This document shows positions 20,751-30,836 of a DNA stretch of 64,000 nt, piece after piece (position 1 is the stretch's first letter; each line of letters opens with the position of its first letter). The notes beneath the pieces were generated by a model. The model searched no databases and was not told the origin of the DNA. It saw only the letters and a list, made by a program, of their open reading frames with translations. The position numbers and the translations under genes are program-made. This DNA comes from Treponema sp. (GTDB taxonomy: Bacteria; Spirochaetota; Spirochaetia; Treponematales; Treponemataceae). The DNA is taken from the NCBI GenBank assembly GCA_017521105.1, contig JAFXDY010000175.1, positions 562 through 64,561 on the forward strand. The letters are read 5' to 3'.

Positions 20751-21662
20751 ATGAGAAAATTTACAAATTATAAAAAATATATTTCATTTTCTATTTTATT
20801 TAGTCTCTTTTTTATTCTAGCAGCAGAAACTACTTATAAAGTTCAAAAAGGCGATACTTTGTATTCAATCAGTAAAAAATTTCAGATTACTGTACAAGAA
20901 TTGCGTGCTGCAAACAATTTATCAGATAATGATGTTTTAAAAGCAGACGCTGTGCTTGTAATTCCAACAGCAGATATTGCAAATGCTGTTTCATTAAATT
21001 CAGAAAATAAAAACAATAAAATTAATTCCAACGTCAAAACAAAGGTTCACACTGTCCAAAAAGGTGAAACATTATATAGAATTGCAAAAAATAATAATAT
21101 GACAGTTTCGGAACTGTTGTCTTTGAATAATCTTGATTCTTCAACTGTTATTAAAGTAGGGCAAAAATTAAAAATTAGAGATGATTCAGAAATTCTTTCA
21201 AGTTCATCTTCTAAAAAGACAAATGATTCAGAAAAAAGTGTAACATCTGAATATTTATCTCCAGCACCAGATACAAGAACTTATGGAACAACAATTCAAG
21301 CTGATTCAAGTACAATTTGGCCTGTTAAAAAACCAAAAGTAACTTATGTAAAGGGTAAAGTTTCTGGTGTTCAATTATCTGCAAAGAAAAATGAAGCAGT
21401 TTCTTGTGTGATGGCGGGAACTGTTATGTATGTTGGTGTTTATAGAGGATTTGGACAAGTTTTATTTGTTCAGTCAAAAACAGGTTTAATATATGCATAT
21501 ACAGGACTTAGCTCAATTGATGTAAAAAAAGGTGATTATGTCGTTTCTGGAGATAAATTGGGAACAGCTGGTGTAGATTCAATTTCTAATAAGAGCCAAA
21601 TCACTTTTATGGTTTTCCAGAATGGACAACCAATAGATCCTGCAAAAGCTCCAAGAAATTAG
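20751..21662 (+). CDS. LysM x2 / degenerate M23 (NlpD-like) protein
   Basis: YKVQKGDTLYSI and HTVQKGETLYRI LysM repeats; WPV..GQPIDP LytM fold lacking the Zn-binding His motifs. Confidence 0.88.
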   Translation: MRKFTNYKKYISFSILFSLFFILAAETTYKVQKGDTLYSISKKFQITVQELRAANNLSDNDVLKADAVLVIPTADIANAVSLNSENKNNKINSNVKTKVHTVQKGETLYRIAKNNNMTVSELLSLNNLDSSTVIKVGQKLKIRDDSEILSSSSSKKTNDSEKSVTSEYLSPAPDTRTYGTTIQADSSTIWPVKKPKVTYVKGKVSGVQLSAKKNEAVSCVMAGTVMYVGVYRGFGQVLFVQSKTGLIYAYTGLSSIDVKKGDYVVSGDKLGTAGVDSISNKSQITFMVFQNGQPIDPAKAPRN

Positions 21663-22232
21663 TTATTTTCGAACTTCGTTACATTTTAAAAATAGTTGTC
21701 TACAAGTTTCGGCATCATCAAAGGCTCTGTGTGAAGAGCCTTTATTTATTTTAAAATAGTCTGCTAGAAAGTCTAATTTATGTTTTTCTAATTCTGGAAA
21801 TGCCCACTTTGAATATTGAAGAGTATCTATAACCTTATTTTTTGTGGATTCTAAACCAGATTTTTCACATTCTGCATTTAAAAAGTTTAAATCAAATTGA
21901 GCATTGTGAGCAATCAAAATTGTGTTATTAATCATTTCAAGAAAATCTGGTAAATGACAGTTTATTGTTTTGCAGCAATCTACCATATCTTGATTTATGT
22001 GAGTTAACTGTGAAATAAAGTATGGAATTTCGCATTGTGGGTTAAATAATTGGGAATATGTTTGAATTATTCCTTCTTTTGAAAATTTTATAGCACCAAT
22101 TTCAATAATTCTACAGTTTGTGGGAGAGAGACCAGTTGTTTCTGTATCAAAGGCAGTAAAAATTGCACCTTCTTCATAAAGAAGGTGCAATTTTCTAAAA
22201 TCTTTTAAAATTTTATTTTGACGCTTCATCAA
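21663..22232 (-). CDS. DEDDh 3'-5' exonuclease (DnaQ/PolC-exo-like)
   Basis: FDTETTG, IAHNAQFD, IDTL, HRAFDDA. Confidence 0.9.
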   Translation of the reverse strand: MMKRQNKILKDFRKLHLLYEEGAIFTAFDTETTGLSPTNCRIIEIGAIKFSKEGIIQTYSQLFNPQCEIPYFISQLTHINQDMVDCCKTINCHLPDFLEMINNTILIAHNAQFDLNFLNAECEKSGLESTKNKVIDTLQYSKWAFPELEKHKLDFLADYFKINKGSSHRAFDDAETCRQLFLKCNEVRK

Positions 22233-23958
22233 TTATTTTTTGAATATCGCTTGTAATTCCATCGCAAAGTTTTCCTGCTTTTACTTTTGCATCTGCAAAC
22301 CAAGCATCAGAACCATCACCAGCTGGAATCATTGAGTTGATATAGAATTTAATTTTTGGTTCAGTTCCAGAAGGTCTTGCACTTACAATTGTTCCGCTTT
22401 CAAGATAGAATTGTAAAACGTTACTCTTTGGTAAATTTGGATCTGCCATGCAATCTCTTACTTTTACAACTTTTTCTCCACCAAGTGTTTTTGGAGGATT
22501 TGCACGCATAGAACTCATCATAGCTTTCATTGTTTCGCTACCAGAAGCTCCAGGGAAGTTTTGAGAAATAGCTCTGTCTTCAAAGTATCCAAATTCTTTG
22601 TATAAATCATCAAGGTGTTCAAGTAGACTCTTTCCCTGTGAACGCCAGTAAAGAATCATTTCTGCACACATTGCAGCGGCACTTACACCGTCTTTGTCCA
22701 TTACTTCTGTTTCTACTTTGTATCCGTAACTTTCTTCAAGCCCAAATACGTAAGAAGCAGAGTTGTCTTTTTCAAAGTTTGCTTCCACAGCGGCAATCCA
22801 TTTGAATCCTGTTAAACATTCAATCATTTTTACGCCATATTTTTTACAAATGTAATCTCCGAATGGCGATGTTACAATTGAACGAATTATTGCTGGATTT
22901 GCAGGCATTTTTCCAAGTTCTTTTCTTGAGCGTAAAATGTAATCAATGAGTAATGCACCCATTTGGTTTCCGCTTAATAATACAAAGTTTCCGTCTTTGT
23001 CTGGGAATGCTGTACCAAATCTGTCTGAGTCTGGGTCTGTTGCCATAACACCGTCTGCTTTTTCTTTTTTAGCCAATTCAACAGCTAAAGTTAAAGCTGG
23101 TTTTTCTTCTGGGTTTGGTTTTTCTACAGTAGGGAAGTTTCCATCTGGTTCTCTTTGTTCAGGAACTGTAATAATGTTTAATCCTAAGTCTCCAAGTACT
23201 TTTTCTACGTGCATTGCACCTGTCCCGTGAAGTGGTGTGTAAACAATGCGAACATCTTTTGCTTTTTCTTTAATTAATTCTGGACGAAAAAGTTGGGCTT
23301 TACACATATCCCAGAATTTATCATCAATTTCTTTATCAATAATTACTAGCTTTCCACTGGCAATTGCTTCAACTCTAGTCATTGATTTAATTTCAGAAAC
23401 TTTGTTTACTTCTTCAATAATTCCCTTGTCATGAGGTTCAATAACTTGTGCTCCGTCATCCCAATATGCTTTGTAACCATTGTACATTCTTGGGTTATGT
23501 GAAGCTGTTACTACAACACCAGTTTGTGCTTTTAATTGGCGAATAGCATACGAAAGTTCTGGTGTAGGGCGTAAACTACTAAAGAGGTAAGCTTTTATTC
23601 CGTTTGCAGCAAAAATTAAAGCAGTTGCTTCTGCAAAAACGTCAGAGTTTAAGCGGCTATCGTAAGCAATAACTGCACTTAAAGTACCATCTTTTGCTTT
23701 TTCTGGGAAAGCTTTTAAAACATAATTTGCAAGACCTTGTGTTGCCATGTTAATTTCAAGAGTGTTCATGCGGTTTGTTCCACCACCCATAATTCCACGC
23801 AAACCACCAGTTCCAAATTCTAAAGTCTGATAGAATCTGTCTTCAAGTTCTGCATAATCTTCTTTTTCAATTAATTCTTTAATTTCGTTGCTGAATCTTT
23901 GGTCTTTTTCAGCTTCAATGTATTCTTTTGCTCTTTTTAAAATTTCTGATTTGTCCAT
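22213..23958 (-). CDS. pgm: Phosphoglucomutase/phosphomannomutase
   Basis: FGTGGLRG, TASHNP, DPDSDR, GLEESYGY, RPSGTEPKIKFY. Confidence 0.93.
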   Translation of the reverse strand: MDKSEILKRAKEYIEAEKDQRFSNEIKELIEKEDYAELEDRFYQTLEFGTGGLRGIMGGGTNRMNTLEINMATQGLANYVLKAFPEKAKDGTLSAVIAYDSRLNSDVFAEATALIFAANGIKAYLFSSLRPTPELSYAIRQLKAQTGVVVTASHNPRMYNGYKAYWDDGAQVIEPHDKGIIEEVNKVSEIKSMTRVEAIASGKLVIIDKEIDDKFWDMCKAQLFRPELIKEKAKDVRIVYTPLHGTGAMHVEKVLGDLGLNIITVPEQREPDGNFPTVEKPNPEEKPALTLAVELAKKEKADGVMATDPDSDRFGTAFPDKDGNFVLLSGNQMGALLIDYILRSRKELGKMPANPAIIRSIVTSPFGDYICKKYGVKMIECLTGFKWIAAVEANFEKDNSASYVFGLEESYGYKVETEVMDKDGVSAAAMCAEMILYWRSQGKSLLEHLDDLYKEFGYFEDRAISQNFPGASGSETMKAMMSSMRANPPKTLGGEKVVKVRDCMADPNLPKSNVLQFYLESGTIVSARPSGTEPKIKFYINSMIPAGDGSDAWFADAKVKAGKLCDGITSDIQKIIDEASK

Positions 23959-24031
23959 AGTTTTTACCTCATTAAAAAAATATTTTTAATTTTTTAAAAA
24001 ATGATTTATATAAAATATATTTATATTTTGC

Positions 24032-25810
24032 TTACTTGTCAGCAGCTTCAATCATTTTTGTTTCCCATTCCAACAAAGCTTTTTCCATTTCTGGATTATT
24101 GCCTTTTACATCACACATAATTCTAAAAACTGGTTCTGTTTGACTTCCACGCATCCAAATGAATGCAATAGGGGTGTTTTTTGAATCTTTAAAAAGAATC
24201 TTTAGTCCACCAGTATTTGATGTGGAAAAATCTGCTATGTTACAAGTTTCTGTAGTCCCGTTTGTTGTAATTGCTTCGTATGAGCAGATTCCGTAGTTTT
24301 TATTTAATTCAGATTGTTTTGATTTCCATTCTGACTCAAATACTTTTTGAAAATTACCTTTTAATATTTGATGATTTGATTGTTTTACTTTTAATACAGC
24401 TCTTGGTTCTGAAACTCCAGTTGTAGTGTATTTTGGCAAAGAATCTAAAATATCAGTTAAAGAAAAGTTTGGATTATACTTGATATTTGCTTTATTACAC
24501 CATAATTCGTACAATCCATTTTCTTTTAATAAAAGTAATTTTATAATTGCAAAAATTGTATTAAGGGGATCTCGAACAGCTGCTGGATATGTAATTGTTC
24601 CTCCGTTAGACCCTTCACCCAAGATTCTAACTGTGAATCCTTGTTGGCGTTTTTCTCTAGCAAGATTAACAACATTTGCTTCACCAACTTCTGCCCTAAA
24701 TAGTTGCCCACCTAGAGTTTCTACAATTTCGTTAATGCGCATTGAAGTAGGGCAATTAACAGCAACTGCTGGTTTAAAAGAAGTTTCAGTTTGGTTTGAA
24801 CTATTTGAATTTTGCCAAATTGAATAAGTTAATTCTGCTAAAACAGAAAGGGAAAAAACTTCTTGAGCTTTTAGAATGATTGATTTTTGTTGATTTTCAT
24901 CCCAATATACAATGTTTCCTCTGTCTCCGTCACAATCTGGCATGTATCCCAAAACAGCATCTTTGAAACCTTCTTTTTGTAAACGTTCCATTTCTTGTTG
25001 AACATAACAAAGGTTTTCTGCTTCTGGAATAATTTCGTGAGAAATTTCAAATTCATTGATTGTATAAAAATTGATATTGTTTTCTTTGAAGAAGTCTCGG
25101 TCAATACTTTGGTATCTTGAACTTCCATTAAAATCGCAAACAACACCAATTGGATTTTCTGCTATGTAATTGTGTAATATTCCAAAAAAATCTGCTTGAT
25201 ATTCTTTATTGTTTGTTCCTGTAATTGTTTCTTTTGCAAAATCTCTATATGAATTTAAAGCATTAAACTTAGAACTGTCTTTTGTTTGATATACCGTTTT
25301 TAATTCAGAAGAACTACAAGAATTTGCCTTTTTTATGTACTCATTTAATTGAATATCATCATCTAAAATTGTATTGAACTTTTGGATTATTTTTGCATTT
25401 TCCTTTGCACTTAGAACACCACCGTCATTTATTCCAAATTTAATGCCGTTATGGCCAATTGGATTATGACTTGCCGAAACGTAAATAAATCCATCTAATT
25501 TTTTTGCAAATGACATAATTTCTGGAGCAGACGTAACTCCGCAATATTGTACAATTGCACCCTTTGAAACTAAAGATTTTAAAATTCCTTCAACTATGGC
25601 TTCTCCAGTTGGTCTTGTGTCCATGCCAACTGCAATAACTGGATTTTCTTGATTTGTAAGTTCTTTTATGTATTCAAAAAAGACTGCTCCAGCAACAATT
25701 GAAATTGCTTTTGATTCTTCTGTTATCTCTTTATTTTTATCTTGTTCGTTTCCTGATGCAGCAAAAACTTTTCGCCACCCAGAAGCAGATAAAATCATAT
25801 TATGTTTCAA
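24032..25810 (-). CDS. Second alpha-D-phosphohexomutase family protein
   Basis: SASHNP, DCDGDR, GEGSNGG, RGSQTEP; probable TTG start at 25810 after a GGGGG SD. Confidence 0.85.
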   Translation of the reverse strand: MKHNMILSASGWRKVFAASGNEQDKNKEITEESKAISIVAGAVFFEYIKELTNQENPVIAVGMDTRPTGEAIVEGILKSLVSKGAIVQYCGVTSAPEIMSFAKKLDGFIYVSASHNPIGHNGIKFGINDGGVLSAKENAKIIQKFNTILDDDIQLNEYIKKANSCSSSELKTVYQTKDSSKFNALNSYRDFAKETITGTNNKEYQADFFGILHNYIAENPIGVVCDFNGSSRYQSIDRDFFKENNINFYTINEFEISHEIIPEAENLCYVQQEMERLQKEGFKDAVLGYMPDCDGDRGNIVYWDENQQKSIILKAQEVFSLSVLAELTYSIWQNSNSSNQTETSFKPAVAVNCPTSMRINEIVETLGGQLFRAEVGEANVVNLAREKRQQGFTVRILGEGSNGGTITYPAAVRDPLNTIFAIIKLLLLKENGLYELWCNKANIKYNPNFSLTDILDSLPKYTTTGVSEPRAVLKVKQSNHQILKGNFQKVFESEWKSKQSELNKNYGICSYEAITTNGTTETCNIADFSTSNTGGLKILFKDSKNTPIAFIWMRGSQTEPVFRIMCDVKGNNPEMEKALLEWETKMIEAADK

Positions 25811-25906
25811 TATAAATCCCCCAAAAAACACTTATATTTTAACACGATTATTAAAAAATCTCAAACTTTATGTTTTGTGAAAAAGAAAATAATTGGGATT
25901 AGAATT

Positions 25907-26782
25907 TTATTTTACATTTAAATTAAAGTTTTTTTGCGTGTTTTTTCCCAAAATATCTGTTGAATTTACAGTTAAAGTTGTTTTTCCAGGTGTTAACATT
26001 GCTTCGCCAATTAGTTGATTTGTTTCATTTGGATATATATCTTCTAGGGTATATTTTTTCTTTCCTAATACACAAATTTTTCCGTTTTCTTGGATTGTAA
26101 TATCATAAGAAACTGTGTCTACAACAACACCATTTAAATAAACTGAAGTTTTATAAGGGCAAGCAACTGCATTCCTTTTTTTGTAAATTTTATACAATCC
26201 TGTTGGAATTGTTTTTGAAATTGCTAAATCTATTATGTTTCCGTTTTTATTTTTTAATATAATATCAGTCAAAAGTAGAGGAATTTCGTTTTCTGTTCTT
26301 GTCATTAATACTTTTGGGTTTATAGATGATGAGTTTTTTATGTCAATAATCTGAAACTCTAAACTGCTAAATTTATCTTGCCAACCAGAATTTCCTGTTT
26401 GTGCAAAATATTCACCAATGTTAATGTCTTGTTCATTTTGTTTTGGAGTAATATCGATGCTTGATTTATCTAAGTTTCCGTACACAGATAATATATTGTC
26501 TTGGTGGGATAAAATAACAGAGTGCCCAAGTGTAGTTGGGAAAAAATCATTATCATCATTATTATTTGTCATAATAATTAATAATTCCCCATTTTCGGCA
26601 GCTTTGATATTTGTATGATTTGCAAAAACTACAGATGTGCTAATTTGTCCACCTCTGTATTGTCCGTAATATGATTTAAAAGAATCTTTTGTAATATCAT
26701 CTTGAGGCCAATCAAAAGCAAAACAAATGTTTGCCAAGACTAAAAAAATGCTATTTATAATAATTTTTTTATTTAATTTCAT
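25907..26782 (-). CDS. Exported protein with a degenerate M23-like domain
   Basis: Signal peptide, WP..AAENG..LGHSVILSH..YGNL..TGNSG..LEFQI..INP pattern. Confidence 0.65.
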   Translation of the reverse strand: MKLNKKIIINSIFLVLANICFAFDWPQDDITKDSFKSYYGQYRGGQISTSVVFANHTNIKAAENGELLIIMTNNNDDNDFFPTTLGHSVILSHQDNILSVYGNLDKSSIDITPKQNEQDINIGEYFAQTGNSGWQDKFSSLEFQIIDIKNSSSINPKVLMTRTENEIPLLLTDIILKNKNGNIIDLAISKTIPTGLYKIYKKRNAVACPYKTSVYLNGVVVDTVSYDITIQENGKICVLGKKKYTLEDIYPNETNQLIGEAMLTPGKTTLTVNSTDILGKNTQKNFNLNVK

Positions 26783-26797
26783 ATTTATACCTTTATT

Positions 26798-27859
26798 TTA
26801 TTGTTTTGTTACTAGCAATTGAGAAATGTGATTGTCTTTCCCAATGTATAAATATTCATCTTTTGCTCTAATAAAGGCTTTATCAGCTTCAAAAGAGAAA
26901 TGTCCAATTAATGTATTTGTGTTTTCGATTATGTATAAAGTGTATTTATTTTGATTTTTGTCTAATGCGTAAATTAATCCGTTAGATTCTTCTAAAGAAA
27001 TAATTTGATTTGTTGTTTCTATTGAATATTCTTTGTTTTTATTTAAATTATAAATGCCTAATTTATCTCCATAATTAAAGTAGATGTTTTGATTATCTTT
27101 TGAAAATGAAACTAAAACTCTTGTAAAAATTTCTTTGTTTATAAATGAGTGATAAATTATTTTTGGTTGGTTTTCTACTTTTTCTGTAACTACGAAACGT
27201 TGTTTGTTGTGACCAGAAATTGAGGCAATATATTTTCCATCGCTAGAAATTCCAATTCCAAGAATGATAGGATAATCGCTTCCCCCTGGAAAATATTCAA
27301 GAATGCAGTTGCCATCGGTGTTGTCAAAAAGTTTAATAATTCCGTCAGCGTATCCAACGGCACAAAAATCATTTGTTGAAGTAAATGCGGTAATTGGAAC
27401 TGTACTTTTATACGACCAACTTAAAGAACCATCTTTGTTACATTTTGCTAAAGAACAACCACCTGGCAAAAATACATAAAGGTTATCTTTTGAAAAGAAA
27501 GGGAATCCTTGTGGTTCAATTTTTCCAATTTCTTTTCCGTCATTGCTGTAAAGTGGTAAATTTATTGCTTCTGCAGAATATGTTGCAAAATTTGAATCTG
27601 AAATTGTAATGTTTAAAGGAAATGTTGTTTGGTAAGTAATTTCTCCATCTTTTGTAAAATAACCAGCGTTTTGTCCTAAATGAAAAAATATTTTTTCTTT
27701 ATCTGTATTTGTGTTAATAACAGGATTCAATGTTGATATTTTCCATTGTGGAATGAATTGATATTCTTTTTGAAGTGGTTTTGCTGCAAGAAATAAGTAT
27801 AAAATTGTAAATACTAAAATTAATATTATATATAGTGAAATTCTTTTTTTAGTTTCCAT
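26798..27859 (-). CDS. Membrane-anchored WD40/PQQ-like beta-propeller protein
   Basis: N-terminal TM; AVGYADGIIKLFD and ISSDGKYIAS repeats. Confidence 0.7.
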   Translation of the reverse strand: METKKRISLYIILILVFTILYLFLAAKPLQKEYQFIPQWKISTLNPVINTNTDKEKIFFHLGQNAGYFTKDGEITYQTTFPLNITISDSNFATYSAEAINLPLYSNDGKEIGKIEPQGFPFFSKDNLYVFLPGGCSLAKCNKDGSLSWSYKSTVPITAFTSTNDFCAVGYADGIIKLFDNTDGNCILEYFPGGSDYPIILGIGISSDGKYIASISGHNKQRFVVTEKVENQPKIIYHSFINKEIFTRVLVSFSKDNQNIYFNYGDKLGIYNLNKNKEYSIETTNQIISLEESNGLIYALDKNQNKYTLYIIENTNTLIGHFSFEADKAFIRAKDEYLYIGKDNHISQLLVTKQ

Positions 27860-27865
27860 GATTCT

Positions 27866-27894
27866 ATGCTATAATATTGATACATAAAAATCAA
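27866..27894 (-). promoter_or_regulatory. Putative sigma70 promoter, leaderless spacing
   Basis: TTGATT-N17-TAGCAT, 6 nt before ATG 27859. Confidence 0.5.
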
Positions 27895-27929
27895 TAATAT
27901 AAATAAATGAAAAAATAAAAAGAAAACTA

Positions 27930-28010
27930 TTGAATATTTTGCAAATGGTGTTAAAATATATATATAGTTTGCAAAGTTTTCTATTTTCTGCAAATTTGTT
28001 TTTTTGCAAA
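27930..28010 (+). promoter_or_regulatory. Promoter region with four TTTGCAAA-type boxes
   Basis: TTGAAT-N16-TAAAAT with TG extension; TTTGCAAA at 27938, 27968, 28003 and TCTGCAAA at 27987. Confidence 0.5.
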
Positions 28011-28044
28011 TAATAAGTTTATAAAAATGTGGAAGGTAAAAAGT

Positions 28045-28692
28045 ATGACAGATGATATCTTAACAATCGAAGAAGTTGCTAAATATCTGAGAGTGTCTGA
28101 AAGAACTGTTTATGATTGGGCACAAAAAGGTGAAATTCCAGCTGGTAAAATTGGTACAGTTTGGCGTTTTAAAAAATCAGAAGTTGAAAATTGGGTTAAC
28201 CAAAAATTAACCTCAGATCCATTAAAATCTACAGATACACAAATTCAAGTAAAAAACATTCTTTCTCCAGAAAGAGTAATTTTTATTAATCATTCGTCAA
28301 AACATGATGCTTTAGTTGAACTTTCTGAGGTATTGGCAACAGCTCCACAAGTAAAAAATAAATCTGAACTTACATCAGAAATTCTTAAACGTGAAGAATT
28401 AATGTCTACTGCTGTTGGTAGAGGTATTGCTATTCCTCACGTAAGACTTTCTTCAATTACAGATTTGGTAATGGCAGTTGGAATTTGTAAAAAGCCAGTT
28501 GAAGATTTTCAAACTTTAGATGATCAAAAAGTAAATCTCTTGTTTATGATTGCTGCTGCTTCAAACCAACATTCTTACTATTTAAAAACTATTTCATATT
28601 TTAGTGCAAAATTGAAAAAACAAGAATTGCGTGATTCTTTGTCTAACGCACCAACAGAATTAGATGCATTTAATTTGTTGTTGCATTCTTAA
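28045..28692 (+). CDS. Excisionase-type (BldC/HTH_17) DNA-binding domain fused to PTS EIIA(Ntr/Fru)
   Basis: ILTIEEVAKYLRVSERTVYDWAQKGEIPAGKIGTVWRF; REELMSTAVGRGIAIPH phospho-His motif. Confidence 0.92.
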   Translation: MTDDILTIEEVAKYLRVSERTVYDWAQKGEIPAGKIGTVWRFKKSEVENWVNQKLTSDPLKSTDTQIQVKNILSPERVIFINHSSKHDALVELSEVLATAPQVKNKSELTSEILKREELMSTAVGRGIAIPHVRLSSITDLVMAVGICKKPVEDFQTLDDQKVNLLFMIAAASNQHSYYLKTISYFSAKLKKQELRDSLSNAPTELDAFNLLLHS

Positions 28693-28705
28693 TATTTTTG
28701 TGTTA

Positions 28706-28817
28706 GCTGCTGGAACACCACCGCAGGTGTCCCTTCAAGTTTTGAAGCAAAGCGAAAAACTTGAGTGCAAGCGTTCAGCTTGCACAGGGATGAGCGGTAG
28801 CGAAGTGTGAAAGTAGC
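28706..28817. repeat. GC-rich multi-hairpin REP-like element between convergent genes
   Basis: ACACC/GGTGT, TCCCT/AGGGA, TCAAGTTTT/AAAACTTGA and GTGCAAGC/GCTTGCAC stems; GAAGCAAAGCGAA and GAGCGGTAGCGAA motifs. Confidence 0.7.
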
Positions 28818-28819
28818 GA

Positions 28820-30016
28820 CTAAAATGGAAAAATTACCGGAATCCATTTAGATTCATCAGCCATATCTTTTGCAATCATTCCCCAAGTAACTTTTGCTGT
28901 TGTTTCCCCAATTAAAAATTTTCTTTCATTTCCTTTAGAATCTTTTATGGAAAAAGTTTGACCTGGAGCTTCAATTTCTGTGGCAACAAGAGCGTGGGAA
29001 TATTCTGGAGAAAAATATAAAACAGTTTCAATTCCCAAAGATTTTAGCAAAATACAAATTAGCATGCTTCTTGAATCACAATCGCTACCTTGGCCAGAAA
29101 TGACTGCTGGAATACAAGTAAAATCTGAATCCTTAGCATCCTTTGCTCTGTTGTATGGAAAAGTTTGAACCCAAGATAAAAGCATTTGAGCGTAATCAAT
29201 TAATGGATTTTGTGCTTTGTTTGCTTCTGGTTCTAAGGCTTTGTAAATGTCTGCCGAAACTTGTAAAATTCTAGAATAACTATCTTTGTAAATCATTCTG
29301 TAATAGCGTTCCCAAGCTGCTTGTACTTTTTTATGATTTGCGTACAGACGTAAAACTGAATATTCTAATTCTACAACAAATTGAGCTGCTTCAATGTCGT
29401 TGTCGTAAATAAAGGAATTAATTTGTTTATTAGCAGTTTTTAATTTTATAGGTTGCTTTTTTGTTGGTGGAAAAGCATAAGAAACTATTATTCCTGGAAT
29501 GTTTGAATTTTTTGAAGAAAGACTTAGGGAATTAATTGTAGAAATTATAAATTGTTCGCATCCTGCAAATTTTTCTGAAGGCGAATAACAAAGTAAAACT
29601 AAATTATATTTTTCATTATTTGTTGGTGTACAAACAGACCATCCTGAATAACTTTTGTCTAAATTAAAATCAAAATTAGAAATTGAACATTTATTTCCGT
29701 ACCAATCAAAAGTGTCTATGTCATATTTTGCAGAAAGATTTGATAATGCATATTTTAATACATTTTTTGTAACATCTTCGTTATTTGTTTTGTGTGAATC
29801 ATTTTTATAGATTTTCATTGCAAATGTTACAGGAATATTTGGGTGTTCAAAAATGTATGAAAGGCCGTCGTTTGAATAATTTGCAATTTCGTAACCTTCA
29901 GGAATATCAAGAAAAAATCCAAAGTCTGCGTCTTGAATTACTTCTGAAAATATGGGTTGAAAAGTTAAACAAAAAAGTAATAAAAAAATAGATTTAATTT
30001 TTGATAATCTTGTCAT
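28820..30016 (-). CDS. Exported transglutaminase-like cysteine-protease-fold protein
   Basis: Signal peptide; WVQTFPY, GSDCDSRSML, HALVA, GETT (putative Cys-His-acid triad). Confidence 0.65.
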   Translation of the reverse strand: MTRLSKIKSIFLLLFCLTFQPIFSEVIQDADFGFFLDIPEGYEIANYSNDGLSYIFEHPNIPVTFAMKIYKNDSHKTNNEDVTKNVLKYALSNLSAKYDIDTFDWYGNKCSISNFDFNLDKSYSGWSVCTPTNNEKYNLVLLCYSPSEKFAGCEQFIISTINSLSLSSKNSNIPGIIVSYAFPPTKKQPIKLKTANKQINSFIYDNDIEAAQFVVELEYSVLRLYANHKKVQAAWERYYRMIYKDSYSRILQVSADIYKALEPEANKAQNPLIDYAQMLLSWVQTFPYNRAKDAKDSDFTCIPAVISGQGSDCDSRSMLICILLKSLGIETVLYFSPEYSHALVATEIEAPGQTFSIKDSKGNERKFLIGETTAKVTWGMIAKDMADESKWIPVIFPF

Positions 30017-30038
30017 TTTGTAAATCCTCTATTATCAT
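30010..30038 (+). promoter_or_regulatory. Putative sigma70 promoter, leaderless spacing
   Basis: TTGTCA-N17-TATCAT, 7 nt before ATG 30046. Confidence 0.55.
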
Positions 30039-30045
30039 GTTTCGG

Positions 30046-30702
30046 ATGAATACTATTCCAATTTTATATGATAATGATGAAATTTTTGTAATTAATAAAC
30101 CTTCTGGACTTCCTGTGCAAGGTGGGCAAGGAATAAAGCATTCTTTGGATGTTGATTTTTCTGAGCAAGTTGGCCACAAAGTTTATTTGGTTCACCGTCT
30201 TGATAAAGATACTTGTGGATTAATGATTGTTGCAAAAAATCCTGTGGCGGCTAATAAGTGGACAAAACTTATTGGAAGTAAAATTGCCAAAAAAGAATAT
30301 GTTGCTCTTTGTGTTGGAAAAATGAAGGCAAAAAGTGGAGTAATAAAAGAAAATTTAACTCAACACGGGCAGGAAAAATCTGCAATTACAAATTATAAAG
30401 TAGAAAAGGAATGGAAAAAATCTTATTTGGTTGATGATGTTCAAAATGAAATAGACTTTTCTCAAGTTCGGTTGATTTTGGAAACTGGCCGAATGCATCA
30501 AATTCGTATTCATCTTGCAAAACAGGGGTGCCCAATTGCAGGAGATGACCAACATGGAAATTTTAAAATAAATAAATTATTAAAAAAGTATTTTAAGGTA
30601 AAAAGATTTTTGCTAGCTTCTGTTCGGCTTACAATTCCATTAAATGGAAAGGATGTTATTTTTGAAATAGAAAATCCTTTTAGTGAATTGGAAGTGTATT
30701 AA
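30046..30702 (+). CDS. RluA-family pseudouridine synthase
   Basis: INKPSGLPVQ, VHRLDKDTCG, TGRMHQIRIHL, PIAGD. Confidence 0.92.
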   Translation: MNTIPILYDNDEIFVINKPSGLPVQGGQGIKHSLDVDFSEQVGHKVYLVHRLDKDTCGLMIVAKNPVAANKWTKLIGSKIAKKEYVALCVGKMKAKSGVIKENLTQHGQEKSAITNYKVEKEWKKSYLVDDVQNEIDFSQVRLILETGRMHQIRIHLAKQGCPIAGDDQHGNFKINKLLKKYFKVKRFLLASVRLTIPLNGKDVIFEIENPFSELEVY

Positions 30703-30836
30703 TTTTTTATATGAGGAATGTTTGTTATATTCTTATAGATTCTGACTTATTCTTCTTTAAATGTTTTTAGATTTTTGATAAAATGGAAGTAATCGAAGTT
30801 TTATTTTAAATTTTGAATGATTAAGGAAATGTTGAA

